The notes under the pieces: model-generated
What the model was told of the DNA's origin: nothing
The model's input: only the letters and a program-made list of their open reading frames with translations
Database searches by the model: none
Program-made: the position numbers and the translations under genes
DNA from: Candidatus Omnitrophota bacterium
GTDB taxonomy: Bacteria; Omnitrophota; Gorgyraeia; Gygaellales; Profunditerraquicolaceae
NCBI GenBank assembly: GCA_040754255.1
Contig: JBFMDA010000002.1
Span: 1 to 61,274 of the forward strand
DNA length: 61,274 nucleotides
Reading direction: 5' to 3'
Part shown: positions 1 through 9,967 of the stretch, piece by piece
How positions within the stretch are numbered: the stretch's first letter is position 1
Layout of the letters: every line of letters starts with the position of its first letter

Positions 1-370
1 CCTTGGAAAGGTCAGCAAGAAGGGCATTAATCTTAGAGACGGTCACGGGTATATAGGGCCAAGAGCGCTTGATAAGAAAATCCAGGTTTTCTTTAAGCTC
101 AATGTTTGCGTTGATAAGGAAATTATACAGGAGTACCCCGATGAACCTCCTGGCAAAAGAAGCAAATCCCTCCTGCCTGACATCAAGGTATACATACACA
201 AGCCGGGACTCGCAGACAGAGCCGAGGAATTTTGAGATGATAGAAGTTTTGCCGATCGAATCATCCCCGATAATAGCGATATTCTGGCGGTACCCGTCCT
301 TAAATGCACACGTACGCTTTTGAAGGATCTTTAAGTATTCTTCCCGGTCAAAAATATTATCTTTTAACAT
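1..370 (-). CDS. P-loop ATPase, N-terminal part (gene runs off the left edge of the window)
   Basis: Own translation from ATG at 368-370 reads MLKDNIFDREEYLKILQKRTCAFKDGYRQNIAIIGDDSIGKTSIISKFLG... and stays open to position 1. Walker-A-like GDDSIGKTS. Absent from the ORF track because no stop lies inside the window. Confidence 0.5.
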   Translation of the reverse strand, partial: MLKDNIFDREEYLKILQKRTCAFKDGYRQNIAIIGDDSIGKTSIISKFLGSVCESRLVYVYLDVRQEGFASFARRFIGVLLYNFLINANIELKENLDFLIKRSWPYIPVTVSKINALLADLSK

Positions 371-385
371 ACTAATGCCAACAAG

Positions 386-1051
386 TTAGTTTGGAAGAAA
401 GAAATAGGGGTTTTGAGGTATGTAGCCCTTACGGACCTCAAAATGCACATACGCCGTATCCCTGCCCCCTGTCGAACCTACCTTTGCGATTGCCTCACCC
501 TTGCGCACCATATTTCCCGGTTGAACGGTTATCCCGTTGATTCTTGAATAGACGGTCAAGAAGCCATCGCTATGCTCGATGATGACCGTTTTGCCGAAAG
601 ACAGAAAATTGTCGCTGCGAAAGATTACCTTGCCCGAACGAGCAGCAACTACCGGGGTTTCCCGCGGCACCTGAATAGTAATGCCTTTATTGATGACGTT
701 GTCGGACAGCTGGCCGAAAGAAGAAACGACCTTGCCTTTTACGGGCCAGATAAAATCTTCCTGAGTATATGATGAGATGAGTTCCTTAGGCTTTTGTATC
801 CCGGGGATAAAAAGTAGCTGTCCTGTTTCAATCCGGTTTGTATCGGCAATGCGATTAAGGCTGGCAAGTTGGTTAACGTCGGTATCGTACATTCGGGATA
901 TGCCGTATAAGGTCTGGCCCCTCGCTATCTGATGATAGAAACCGGGAATTCCGGGCGAGACAATTCCGGAGCGCATGGAGGAAGCACACCCCGTAACGAT
1001 AAAAGCAAATACTACAATACTACAAAGGCCAAAATGCTTGGTTGTGTGCAT
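386..1051 (-). CDS. LysM-domain M23 metallopeptidase lipoprotein (NlpD-like)
   Basis: Lipobox-like FIVTGCAS. LysM-like GQTLYGISRMYDTDVNQLASLNRI...LLFIP. M23 core HSDGFLTVYSRI...GSTGGRDTAYVHFEVRKG. Confidence 0.85.
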   Translation of the reverse strand: MHTTKHFGLCSIVVFAFIVTGCASSMRSGIVSPGIPGFYHQIARGQTLYGISRMYDTDVNQLASLNRIADTNRIETGQLLFIPGIQKPKELISSYTQEDFIWPVKGKVVSSFGQLSDNVINKGITIQVPRETPVVAARSGKVIFRSDNFLSFGKTVIIEHSDGFLTVYSRINGITVQPGNMVRKGEAIAKVGSTGGRDTAYVHFEVRKGYIPQNPYFFLPN

Positions 1052-1068
1052 TCGCGTTTAATCTTCCA

Positions 1069-1139
1069 AGCGGGCGAAGGGAATCGAACCCTCCTATCCA
1101 GCTTGGGAAGCTGGTGTTCTACCGATGAACTACGCCCGC
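1069..1139 (-). tRNA. tRNA-Gly (anticodon CCC)
   Basis: The reverse complement GCGGGCGTAGTTCATCGGTAGAACACCAGCTTCCCAAGCTGGATAGGAGGGTTCGATTCCCTTCGCCCGCT folds by hand as a cloverleaf: 7-bp acceptor, GTTC/GAAC D stem, CCAGC/GCTGG anticodon stem with loop TTCCCAA, and T loop TTCGATT. Confidence 0.9.
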
Positions 1140-1152
1140 AAAAAATTACGAC

Positions 1153-2448
1153 TTATGGATACGCCTCTTGCGTTATTTTAATAGAGCAATATTCCCCGCA
1201 CATAGTGCATACATCCGGTAGGCGCGGTTGTGAAATGCTCCTTAGCGCACCTGCTTTTTCCGGATCCACGGAAAGGGCGATCTGTGTTTCCCAGTTTCTC
1301 TGCCTGCGTGCTTCAGACATTTTTTTATCCCACTCTTTTGTATTAGGCAGGCCCTTTACTATATCGGCAGCGTGCGCCGCAATCTTTGAAGCAATCACGC
1401 CATCCCGCACGTCTTCGATGGATGGATGCTTGAGATGCTCGGCAGGCGTGACGTAACAGAGAAAATCTGCGCCGTAACTTGCAGCCAGCGCCCCACCGAT
1501 TGCACCGCTGATATGGTCGTAACCCGACGCGACATCTGTTACCAGGGGCCCGAGAACATAAAAAGGCGCTCCGTGGCACATTCGTTTTTCAAGAAGCACA
1601 TTCTTTTTTATCTGCCCCAGCGGCACATGGCCGGGGCCTTCAATAATTACCTGGACATTCCTCTTCCTTGCGCGCTGCGCAAGCTGCCCCAGGGTCTTTA
1701 ATTCTTCAAGCTGCGGCTTATCAGTGGCATCCAGAATAGAGCCGGGCCGAAGCCCATCGCCAAGGCTTAACGTAATATCAAACTCTTCTGCGATATCAAG
1801 AACTAGGTCAAAGTATTCATAAAATGGGTTTTCTTTCTTGTGTGTATTCATCCAGCATGAAAGTATTGCGCCTCCCCGTGAAACGATACTAAGCAGCCTC
1901 TTTTGTTTTTTTAACGTCGCAAGCGCTTTCCGTGTAACGCCCGCATGGATGGTAAAAAAGTCGACGCCGTCTTCCGCCTGCTCTCGCAGGATTTTCAAGA
2001 CATTTTCGATATCAAAGCGTAAATAATCGTTATGACTTACGGCTGCATTGACTGAAATTTCATAAATCGGCACTGTGCCGACCGGAAGTGATGAAGCAGA
2101 AAGTATCTGCTGCCGGATTTTTCTGATCTGGCCTCCGATGCTTAAATCCATCACCGTATCCGCCCCATAGCGCTCAGCGGCTTCTAATTTCGCCATTTCT
2201 TCGGCAATCCCGGATTTATCGGTTGACGTGCCTATATTGGCGTTTACCTTGGTCCGCAAGCCAAGCCCTACTGCACACGGCTTCTTCACGACCCTGTTTG
2301 CATTATGAGGTATTACGATTACGCCTTCCTTGATGCGCCGCATTAAGAGCGCATCGGAAATCCCCTCTGAAGCCGCAACCCTTTTCATCAGGGGAGTAAT
2401 GACACCCAGCCTTGCCTGCCCTAATTGCGTCATGTGCGTGTCCATCAT
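1153..2448 (-). CDS. thiC: phosphomethylpyrimidine synthase ThiC
   Basis: 431 aa with GAPFYVLGPLVTDVASGYDHI and the C-terminal CTMCGEYCS cluster motif typical of ThiC. Overlaps thiE by 4 nt. Confidence 0.92.
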   Translation of the reverse strand: MMDTHMTQLGQARLGVITPLMKRVAASEGISDALLMRRIKEGVIVIPHNANRVVKKPCAVGLGLRTKVNANIGTSTDKSGIAEEMAKLEAAERYGADTVMDLSIGGQIRKIRQQILSASSLPVGTVPIYEISVNAAVSHNDYLRFDIENVLKILREQAEDGVDFFTIHAGVTRKALATLKKQKRLLSIVSRGGAILSCWMNTHKKENPFYEYFDLVLDIAEEFDITLSLGDGLRPGSILDATDKPQLEELKTLGQLAQRARKRNVQVIIEGPGHVPLGQIKKNVLLEKRMCHGAPFYVLGPLVTDVASGYDHISGAIGGALAASYGADFLCYVTPAEHLKHPSIEDVRDGVIASKIAAHAADIVKGLPNTKEWDKKMSEARRQRNWETQIALSVDPEKAGALRSISQPRLPDVCTMCGEYCSIKITQEAYP

Positions 2449-3077
2449 AATGCTTCCTTGAATATCGAGATTTCCCGGTAAAGGTCAGCAGCCCTACAGA
2501 GGGCGCCAGACACAGCGATCTTTTTTATTCCATAGCCGGTTAATTCGTTTACGTTATTCGTACGTATTCCCCCGATTGCAAAAACCGGTATGCGTATTTT
2601 CCTTACACAATCCCACAGTGCTGCCCGCTTTATCGTTTTCGCCCCCGGTTTTGTCGAAGTCGCAAAACAAGGCCCAATACCAATGTAATCGGCCCCGTCT
2701 TTTTGAGCAAGAAGCGCTTCTTCAATGCTCGTACAGGAAATACCGATAATCTTACCCCTTCCTAAAATCTTTCTCGCGTGGATAAGGGGCATATCGTGCT
2801 GGCCCAAATGCGATCCGTCAGCTTCCGCTGCAAGACAGATATCAACACGGTCATTTACAATGCAAATGGCCTTTGTGGCCTTAAGCGCTGCTTTTAGCGA
2901 AATAACCTCTTTTAAGAATGTGCGCGTGTCAGCGAGCTTATCCCTGAGCTGAAACACATTTATTCCGGCCCTTGCCATCTCCGGCGCGACTTTCCAGGCT
3001 TGTTTCCCGGCAAGCACTTGCTTATCTAGTATGGCATAAAGCTGCGAGCTGTAAAGCTGCTTTCTTTTCCAGTTCAT
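2445..3077 (-). CDS. thiE: thiamine-phosphate synthase ThiE
   Basis: LYAILD start region, GADYIGIGPCFATSTKPG and PVFAIGGI motifs. Sits directly upstream of thiC. Confidence 0.88.
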   Translation of the reverse strand: MNWKRKQLYSSQLYAILDKQVLAGKQAWKVAPEMARAGINVFQLRDKLADTRTFLKEVISLKAALKATKAICIVNDRVDICLAAEADGSHLGQHDMPLIHARKILGRGKIIGISCTSIEEALLAQKDGADYIGIGPCFATSTKPGAKTIKRAALWDCVRKIRIPVFAIGGIRTNNVNELTGYGIKKIAVSGALCRAADLYREISIFKEAL

Positions 3078-3468
3078 ACACGCGGTATCGTAATTGTTTA
3101 TAATGCAGGGCGCAACGAAAATTCTTGAGTTTGGAAAACTCTTCCAGCACCCTTACGGATTCCTTGGCACGCTGGATATTCGCAAAAAAAATATCCCTTA
3201 CATCCTTCCTAGTTAGTTCGCTATGTGTATGAATCAGGCGGCCTGAATCTTTTAATGCTGAACGCTCCTTGAGGAGGCAGGATAGTTGCGTATAGCGCGT
3301 GGCGTTTTCTTCTATTGCGTGCCTTATCTGCTTGAACTCGCTTGTCAGGCGCGCATTATCTATTACAAACCGACAAATATCCTCGCACACCCGCAACCCT
3401 TCTTTGGCACGGTTGATATTCGCATCCAAAACCCTGTCTATGCCTTTATGCGTTATATAATCGCGCAA
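3022..3468 (-). CDS. ThiE-associated N-terminal-domain-like protein (resembles the N-terminal extension of long thiamine-phosphate synthases)
   Basis: VLDANINRAKEGLRVCEDICRFV and FANIQRAKESVRVLEEF repeats, recalled from long ThiE proteins. Overlaps thiE by 56 nt in another frame. Confidence 0.5.
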   Translation of the reverse strand: MRDYITHKGIDRVLDANINRAKEGLRVCEDICRFVIDNARLTSEFKQIRHAIEENATRYTQLSCLLKERSALKDSGRLIHTHSELTRKDVRDIFFANIQRAKESVRVLEEFSKLKNFRCALHYKQLRYRVYELEKKAALQLAALCHTR

Positions 3469-3958
3469 TTTTTTTTATCAAGACGGTAGTGGACTTTCCG
3501 GGGACAAAGCGTACAGTCTCAACCTTGCCGCCGTAACTCTTCACGAATTCACTTCCTACTATATCTTTCTTTTTCCAATCCGCGCCCTTTACTAATACGT
3601 GGGGCCTGATCATTCTGATTAATGCCAAAGGGGTATCCTGGCCAAAAGGCACGACGAAACAGACGCTCTCAAGCGCTGCCACCACCCTAAGCCTGTCTCG
3701 TTGGCAGACCAGGGGCCTGTTGTTCCCCTTGATCCTTCTTACCGATGAATCGCTGTTTACTCCGACAATCAGCACATCTGCCTTTCTTGCCGCTTCTTCA
3801 AGATATTTTACGTGGCCGTAATGGATAATATCAAAACAGCCATTGGTAAACACTATTCGTTTAGCGCTTTTCCGCAGGCGCGACGCTATGCGCGTGAGTA
3901 CCGCATAATCGGTAATGATTTTGTCCTCTAACACAGCGCCTGCTCCGTAAGTTCGCAC
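3446..3958 (-). CDS. hldC: D-glycero-beta-D-manno-heptose 1-phosphate adenylyltransferase (RfaE domain II type cytidylyltransferase)
   Basis: FTNGCFDIIHYGHVKYLEEA nucleotidyltransferase motif next to gmhA. The start is uncertain: a GTG at 3932-3934 would reduce the overlap with the gmhA stop. Confidence 0.8.
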   Translation of the reverse strand: MRTYGAGAVLEDKIITDYAVLTRIASRLRKSAKRIVFTNGCFDIIHYGHVKYLEEAARKADVLIVGVNSDSSVRRIKGNNRPLVCQRDRLRVVAALESVCFVVPFGQDTPLALIRMIRPHVLVKGADWKKKDIVGSEFVKSYGGKVETVRFVPGKSTTVLIKKIARLYNA

Positions 3959-4515
3959 ACGATATGGCCAACAGTAATATGGACCTCCTGGACCCTGGCG
4001 GTATTACAGGAAGAGACCACCAGGGCTGTATCGGCTAATTTCGATAATTCCCCGCCGTCTCCTCCGGTGAACACCACTGTCTTAATCCCCATTTTTTTTG
4101 CCTGCTTTATTCCCTGGATAACGTTTTTTGCCTTGCCGCTCGTTGAAATCCCGACAGCCACATCGTTTACTGAGCCTAGCGCCTCTATTTGCTTTGCGAA
4201 TACGACATCATACCCATAATCGTTTGCGAGTGCGGTAAGTATCGAAGTGTTTGTGGTGAGCGCAATTGCGGGCAAGGCCTTGCGGTCCTTTTTAAACCTG
4301 CCCACGAGTTCTGCGGCCAGGTGTTGGCTGTCGCTGGCAGAGCCGCCGTTTCCAAAAAAGATAACCTTCCCCCCCTTTTTAAGGCATTCGATGATGGTGC
4401 CGGCGATGTCCATTATGACGGTAACACTGGTATGCAGTAAATCCTCTTTTACCTGAATACTCTCAAGAAGAGAATCCTTAATTTTATCCCTCATCCTCCA
4501 CCCCAGGTTAACCAA
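3928..4515 (-). CDS. gmhA: phosphoheptose isomerase (SIS domain)
   Basis: GNGGSASDSQHLAAELVGRF and ISTSGKAKNV SIS motifs. Confidence 0.88.
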   Translation of the reverse strand: MVNLGWRMRDKIKDSLLESIQVKEDLLHTSVTVIMDIAGTIIECLKKGGKVIFFGNGGSASDSQHLAAELVGRFKKDRKALPAIALTTNTSILTALANDYGYDVVFAKQIEALGSVNDVAVGISTSGKAKNVIQGIKQAKKMGIKTVVFTGGDGGELSKLADTALVVSSCNTARVQEVHITVGHIVCELTEQALC

Positions 4516-5536
4516 AAAATACTTTGGCTATTTCATATATTTCTTCATCTACCGTTTTTAATGCCTTTACTGCCTCTTCAAGGGAGACATCAATAACTTT
4601 ATTGCCCTGAAGCGCGACCATCCTGCCGAATTTTTTGTTCAACACAAGCTCAACCGCTTTCACGCCGAAACGTGTGCCTAATATCCTGTCGAACGCAGTC
4701 GGCGACCCTCCTCTTTGAATATGCCCGAGGACGCTGACGCGCGTCTCGTATCCTATCCTTTTCTCTATCTCTTTAGCTAAGATCTCGCCGATGCCGCCGA
4801 GCCTGACATGGCCGAATTCGTCGAGTTTTTCCTCTTGGAGCACCATACTGCCCTGCTTAAACTGCGCTCCCTCGGCGACTACCACGATACTGAAATTCTT
4901 TCCTCTGCCGTGCCGTTTTTTGATCAGTGCGCACACCTCATCCATATCAATGGGGATTTCAGGTATCAGTATTACATCTGCCCCTCCTGCAAGCCCTGAC
5001 TCGACCGCGATCCAACCGGCATGCCTGCCCATGACTTCAACAACTATGATACGGTGGTGGCTTTCGGCGGTAGTATGCAGTTTATCGATGCACTCCATAG
5101 CTGTATTAAGCGCGGTATCAAACCCAAATGTATAATCGGTGCAGGAAAGGTCGTTATCAATAGTCTTGGGCACGCCGACAATATTAGGGATGCCGTCTTT
5201 AATCAGCTTAGACGCAACACCCAGCGTATCCTCCCCTCCGACCGCAATTAACGCATGTAATCCCAGTTTTTTAAAATTTTCTTTTGTCTTTACCTCTGCA
5301 CCCTCTTTCTTGTAGGGGTTTGTCCTGCTGGTTCCTAAGATCGTGCCGCCCTTGGGTAAAATACCTGAAACGGCGCCGAGGGTGAGGGGGATTGTATCGT
5401 CTTCAATGAGCCCCTTCCATCCGTTCTTTATCCCTATCACTTCGCAGCCCGATACGCTCGCCTTTCTCACCACCGCCCTGATTACCGGGTTAAGGCCGGG
5501 ACAATCCCCACCGCCAGTCAAAATACCGATCTTCAT
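4508..5536 (-). CDS. pfkA: 6-phosphofructokinase (ATP- or PPi-dependent not resolvable by eye)
   Basis: MKIGILTGGGDCPGLNPVIRAVV, GGEDTLGVA and PKTIDNDL motifs. Confidence 0.88.
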   Translation of the reverse strand: MKIGILTGGGDCPGLNPVIRAVVRKASVSGCEVIGIKNGWKGLIEDDTIPLTLGAVSGILPKGGTILGTSRTNPYKKEGAEVKTKENFKKLGLHALIAVGGEDTLGVASKLIKDGIPNIVGVPKTIDNDLSCTDYTFGFDTALNTAMECIDKLHTTAESHHRIIVVEVMGRHAGWIAVESGLAGGADVILIPEIPIDMDEVCALIKKRHGRGKNFSIVVVAEGAQFKQGSMVLQEEKLDEFGHVRLGGIGEILAKEIEKRIGYETRVSVLGHIQRGGSPTAFDRILGTRFGVKAVELVLNKKFGRMVALQGNKVIDVSLEEAVKALKTVDEEIYEIAKVFFG

Positions 5537-5549
5537 TTCCTGTTACCTC

Positions 5550-6161
5550 CTACTTGTTAAACGTTGTGTATCCGCCGTAAGGGACAGACGGAATTTGTTG
5601 TTCGACCTGACTTCTCCTCTTATCCTTTTCTTCCTTGGTGATTATTTTTGCGATGTGTATCTTGATCACAATTGCTTCTTCTATGCCAAGCACTTCCTGA
5701 ATCCGTGTTTTAGTCACTTCCTGAAGCCTAGAGGTGAGTTCAGGCAAATTGGCCTCAGTACGCAAAACAACCCGCATATGCACGATTATCCCTTTTTTGG
5801 TTGCGATTACGTCTGGTTTAAGCTCCCTGATTTCCGGGAACACGAATGCGAGCTGCCTGATAAGGTCCTCGATTGCTGAAAGAGAAATAGTTACTTCTCC
5901 TGCTGAAGTCGCAAACGCTATCGTCTTTTCCCTTTGGAATCGCCCGAGGATAAGTTGCGCAAAAGAATAACTGACAATAATAAGCAGCCCGCCGGATAGC
6001 CCCAAAAGTATGCGGTAATTCGTATTGTACTGGGTAATCTCAAGCAGCCGGATAATGTCGACGGGGGCAAGCACGTTAAATGAAAAAACTATCATGCCTA
6101 AGCCAATCAGGATCAACATAATCATATAAAATGATATCCCCACAACGGTCAAAAATCTCAT
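5550..6161 (-). CDS. membrane protein, AmaP-like (Asp23 membrane anchor)
   Basis: Two N-terminal hydrophobic helices and a charged C-terminus. Immediately downstream of an Asp23-family gene. Confidence 0.5.
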   Translation of the reverse strand: MRFLTVVGISFYMIMLILIGLGMIVFSFNVLAPVDIIRLLEITQYNTNYRILLGLSGGLLIIVSYSFAQLILGRFQREKTIAFATSAGEVTISLSAIEDLIRQLAFVFPEIRELKPDVIATKKGIIVHMRVVLRTEANLPELTSRLQEVTKTRIQEVLGIEEAIVIKIHIAKIITKEEKDKRRSQVEQQIPSVPYGGYTTFNK

Positions 6162-6164
6162 GTA

Positions 6165-6521
6165 TTACCCCCTTTCTATGCCTACAATACCGACATTGAT
6201 ATCGATTATCGAGAGGTTCGTCATCTTATCTACTGCGGAACTGACATTTTCCTGGACCTTGCTGGCGATGTCGGGAATATTAAAACCGTATTTTACGACA
6301 AGCGGGATTTCGATGCGCACGTCGTTATTCTTATCGATCTCAACGCGTATCCCCGAATTCTTGTGCCTAAAGCCGAGCAGCTCAAGGAGGTTCGCCTTCA
6401 TATTCCTGCCGATTCCCTTAACACCCTCAATTTCTTCAGCCGCAAGATAGGCGATAGAGGCGATTACGTTCTTATGAATATTGACTGCGCCAAGCCCTGT
6501 TGCCGAATCATCCTTGGTCAT
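6165..6521 (-). CDS. Asp23/Gls24 family envelope stress protein
   Basis: 118 aa with IHKNVIASIAYLAAEEIEGVKGI, typical of Asp23. Confidence 0.8.
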   Translation of the reverse strand: MTKDDSATGLGAVNIHKNVIASIAYLAAEEIEGVKGIGRNMKANLLELLGFRHKNSGIRVEIDKNNDVRIEIPLVVKYGFNIPDIASKVQENVSSAVDKMTNLSIIDINVGIVGIERG

Positions 6522-7885
6522 TATCCCTCCTTTGCCGGCTCTTCCTCTCCGAGCATTTCATTGACAAAATGCGTGGAAAACTCCCCTTTCACGAAAAGGG
6601 AATTCGTAAGAAGCTGTGAATGAAACGGTATCGTTGTTTTAATCGGCTCGATTTTGAATTCGCTCAACGCCCGCTGCATAATTCTTAAGGCCTCATTGCG
6701 GTTTTTGCCGTGCGCAATTATCTTTGCCACCAAAGAGTCATAATAAGGGGATATTTCATACCCCTGGTAGATATGCGTGTCAATACGGATCCCCGGCCCT
6801 CCGGGAAGGATAAGCGATTCTATTTTTCCGGGGCACGGGATAAAGCCATTGCGGAAATCTTCGGCGTTTATGCGGCATTCGATTGCTGCGCCGCTGAAAT
6901 GAATATCGCTCTGCTTAAAGGGAAGCCTTGCGCGGGCAGCCACTAGGATCTGCTGTTTAATCAGGTCTATACCCGTGACCATCTCTGTTACGGGGTGCTC
7001 AACCTGTATGCGCGTGTTCATCTCCATAAAATATACGTTTTTGTCCTGGTCGAGCAAAAATTCTATGGTACCCGCACCGACATAGTTGAATGATTTTGCG
7101 GCCTTTACCGCCATCTCGCCCAAGCGCTTGCGCAATTTAGAGTCAACGATAGGCGAAGGCGACTCTTCAAGCAACTTCTGGTGCCTTCTCTGAATACTGC
7201 AGTCCCTCTCGCCAAGGTAGAGGTGATGGCCGTGGGTGTCGCTTAAAATCTGCACTTCTATATGACGCGGCTTATCGATATATTTTTCTATATAGACATT
7301 GGGGTTACCGAAGTTGGCTTCGGCTTCTGCCTGGGCAGTCATAAAACTGCTTACCAGTTTTATCTCGTTATGGCATATCCTCATACCTTTGCCGCCGCCG
7401 CCTGCAGAGGCCTTTATGATTACCGGGTATTTGATGCGGTTTGCAATTTTTATCGCTTCGTCCTTATTTTTAACGACTGAAACGCTTCCCGGGACTATGG
7501 GGAGGCCGATCTTTTGCATCGAAATACGGGCAGCCATTTTATCGCCCATAAGCTTTATGTTTTCGGGCGTAGGGCCGATAAACGTGATATGACAGGATTC
7601 ACAGATTTCCGCAAAATGGGCGTTTTCGGCCAAAAAGCCGTACCCGGGGTGTATTGCTTCGACGTCGGTTATTTCTGCGGCACTGATAACGGCGGGGATA
7701 TTCAAGTAACTGGAGCTGCTCTGGGCACGACCGATACATATTGCTTCGTCAGCCATCTGCACATGGAGCGAACTGGCATCGGCTTGGGAATATACCGCCA
7801 CCGTCCTTATTCCCATCTCTTTACATGCCCTGATTATGCGTAAGGCGATTTCGCCGCGGTTGGCAATGAGGATTTTTGAAAACAT
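6521..7885 (-). CDS. accC: acetyl-CoA carboxylase biotin carboxylase subunit
   Basis: MFSKILIANRGEIALRIIRACKEMGI, ATP-grasp GGGGKGMR, EMNTRIQVEHPVTE. Confidence 0.95.
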   Translation of the reverse strand: MFSKILIANRGEIALRIIRACKEMGIRTVAVYSQADASSLHVQMADEAICIGRAQSSSSYLNIPAVISAAEITDVEAIHPGYGFLAENAHFAEICESCHITFIGPTPENIKLMGDKMAARISMQKIGLPIVPGSVSVVKNKDEAIKIANRIKYPVIIKASAGGGGKGMRICHNEIKLVSSFMTAQAEAEANFGNPNVYIEKYIDKPRHIEVQILSDTHGHHLYLGERDCSIQRRHQKLLEESPSPIVDSKLRKRLGEMAVKAAKSFNYVGAGTIEFLLDQDKNVYFMEMNTRIQVEHPVTEMVTGIDLIKQQILVAARARLPFKQSDIHFSGAAIECRINAEDFRNGFIPCPGKIESLILPGGPGIRIDTHIYQGYEISPYYDSLVAKIIAHGKNRNEALRIMQRALSEFKIEPIKTTIPFHSQLLTNSLFVKGEFSTHFVNEMLGEEEPAKEG

Positions 7886-7894
7886 GAATTTAAA

Positions 7895-8347
7895 TTAAAG
7901 TGGCTCGACAATAAACATGGATTGCCCGAATTCGACCGGCTCGGCATTCTCGACTAAAATCTCAACGATCCGGCCTTTGATTTCGGATTTAATCTCATTC
8001 ATCAGCTTCATCGCTTCTATAATACAAAGTACCTGGCCCGCCTCGATAACCTGCCCTATTTCCACGTAAGGCGGGGCTTCCGGGGCAGGGGCACGGTAAA
8101 AAGTCCCGACCATCGGTGCCTTTATTTCGACATTCTTTGAGGAAGCTTCCTTTACGGGCTCAGAGGCAAAAGAGGCTTTTGCGGACTGCATAGCTTGCCT
8201 TTCTATGACTATCGGGCCGCTTACCCCTTCAATTCCTGAGGCGGTTTTTTTCAGGCGTATGCGCATGCCGTCCTTTTCAACTTCAAGCTCGACAAGGCCG
8301 TTTTCATTCATAAGGCTGATCATTTCCTTAATTTCTTTAATATTCAT
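7895..8347 (-). CDS. accB: biotin carboxyl carrier protein
   Basis: C-terminal lipoyl-like domain with the biotinylation motif IEAMKLMNEI. Upstream of accC. Confidence 0.93.
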   Translation of the reverse strand: MNIKEIKEMISLMNENGLVELEVEKDGMRIRLKKTASGIEGVSGPIVIERQAMQSAKASFASEPVKEASSKNVEIKAPMVGTFYRAPAPEAPPYVEIGQVIEAGQVLCIIEAMKLMNEIKSEIKGRIVEILVENAEPVEFGQSMFIVEPL

Positions 8348-8360
8348 GTATGCTCTCCCG

Positions 8361-8924
8361 TTAATATACCCTTTCTACATATTCGCCGGTCCTGGTATCA
8401 ATCTTTATTTTATCTCCACTATTGACAAACAGGGGAACCTGCACTGTAGCGCCGGTTTCAACGGTAGCAGGCTTTGTGCCGCTTTTGGCAGTATCGCCTT
8501 TAATCCCGGGCTCTGTATGCGTGATCGTAAAATGGATAAAATTAGGAAGGCTGATATTGAGGATATCGTCTTTGTATGAATAGGCGACTACCTCAAGATT
8601 GTCTTTTAAGTATTTTGCGTTATCTCCGAGCGCCGATTCAGTCACAGCTACTTCATCATAGGTCTCCTGGTCCATAAAGTGGTACATACCCGAAGAGGCG
8701 TATTGAAATTGAAGTTTACGTTCTTCAACGTATGCGCTTTCAATCTTCTCATCGCCACGGTATGTTTTTTCTAAAACGTTTCCGCTTTTCATATTCCGTA
8801 CCCTGACCCTTACGAATGCCGCGCCTTTGCCCGGCTTGACATGCTGAAAATCGATCACCTGGTAGACATCGTTGTCTACAAGGATAGTCAGCCCTGATTT
8901 GATTTCATTGATAGAGAGAGCCAC
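8361..8924 (-). CDS. efp: elongation factor P
   Basis: 187 aa with VKPGKGAAFVRVRVRN loop and a three-domain length. Confidence 0.93.
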   Translation of the reverse strand: MALSINEIKSGLTILVDNDVYQVIDFQHVKPGKGAAFVRVRVRNMKSGNVLEKTYRGDEKIESAYVEERKLQFQYASSGMYHFMDQETYDEVAVTESALGDNAKYLKDNLEVVAYSYKDDILNISLPNFIHFTITHTEPGIKGDTAKSGTKPATVETGATVQVPLFVNSGDKIKIDTRTGEYVERVY

Positions 8925-9964
8925 TAAAGTATCGCAACTCCTTTCTCAGTCACCAACACCATGTCCTCAATTCGTATTCCGAACTTGCCGTGAAGGTATA
9001 TGCCAGGCTCAACCGTAAAGACCATGCCTTCGCGTACTACCCCTTCGCTCGTTTTAGCGATTCGCGGGTCTTCGTGGATTTCCAAGCCAACGCCATGGCC
9101 TACGCTATGACCAAAAAACCCGCCAAATCCACAACGGGCTATATACTGGCGGGCTGCCGCGTCAATAACCTTCGCAGAAATCCCTGGTTTTATTTTACTT
9201 ATTGCGCTCTTTTGAGCCCGAAGCACAATCTCGTAAGTCTTTTTTACAGTGGTACTTATTTTACCCGAGTTAAAAACCCTTGTCAAGTCGGATTTATACC
9301 CCTGATAATCGACTCCCATATCGATTAACACAGGTTCATCCTTTTCAATCTTTTTATCAGAGGTAATATGGTGCGGAAAGGCGGAATTTTTACCGGAAGC
9401 AACAATAATGGGAAACGCACATGACCGTGCCCCGTGGAACCTGACAAACCTTTCTAGCTCCGCGGCAACCTCAATCTCCCTCCTGCCGGGTGAAATCAAC
9501 GAACGCGCAAACTGCATCGCGTCTTTGGTGATAGTAGCCGCGCGCTTTATCAGGGAAATCTCATTCTCTGTCTTGATGGCACGCAGGTCTTCGATAAAGT
9601 GCGTTTTCTCAACCAAGGTAACTTTTTTACCTAAGCGTTTTTTCATTAACGCGTACGCAGAGTAACTGATATAGCGCCCTTCGAAACCAACGCGTTTTAA
9701 GCCAAGACCCAGGCATTCTTTGGCAGCCAATTCTACCAGAGACCCGCTTGATGCCCTTATCTGAAAACCGCTCGTTTGCTCTTTAAGTTCATCGGAATAC
9801 CTGGCGTCGGTCAAGAAAATGCTTTTCCGGGGAGTAATTAAAAGGTAGGTGTCACGGCAAGGATACCCTGCCGTATACGAAACATTTGGGGAAGAAGAAA
9901 GCAGGATTCCGTCAAGGCGATCTGACGATAGTTTCCGCGTAACCTGCGCAAGCCTCTGATTCAT
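8924..9964 (-). CDS. M24 family Xaa-Pro peptidase
   Basis: HSVGHGVGLEIHEDP and FTVEPGIY pita-bread motifs. Confidence 0.85.
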   Translation of the reverse strand: MNQRLAQVTRKLSSDRLDGILLSSSPNVSYTAGYPCRDTYLLITPRKSIFLTDARYSDELKEQTSGFQIRASSGSLVELAAKECLGLGLKRVGFEGRYISYSAYALMKKRLGKKVTLVEKTHFIEDLRAIKTENEISLIKRAATITKDAMQFARSLISPGRREIEVAAELERFVRFHGARSCAFPIIVASGKNSAFPHHITSDKKIEKDEPVLIDMGVDYQGYKSDLTRVFNSGKISTTVKKTYEIVLRAQKSAISKIKPGISAKVIDAAARQYIARCGFGGFFGHSVGHGVGLEIHEDPRIAKTSEGVVREGMVFTVEPGIYLHGKFGIRIEDMVLVTEKGVAIL

Positions 9965-9967
9965 TGT

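Noticed and set aside
3469-3560. TPP (THI-box) riboswitch upstream of the thi genes
   Set aside because: The upstream sequence is the coding 3' end of the heptose adenylyltransferase gene, and I found no CUGAGA or ACCUGAUCUGGAUAAUGCCAGC-like elements there.
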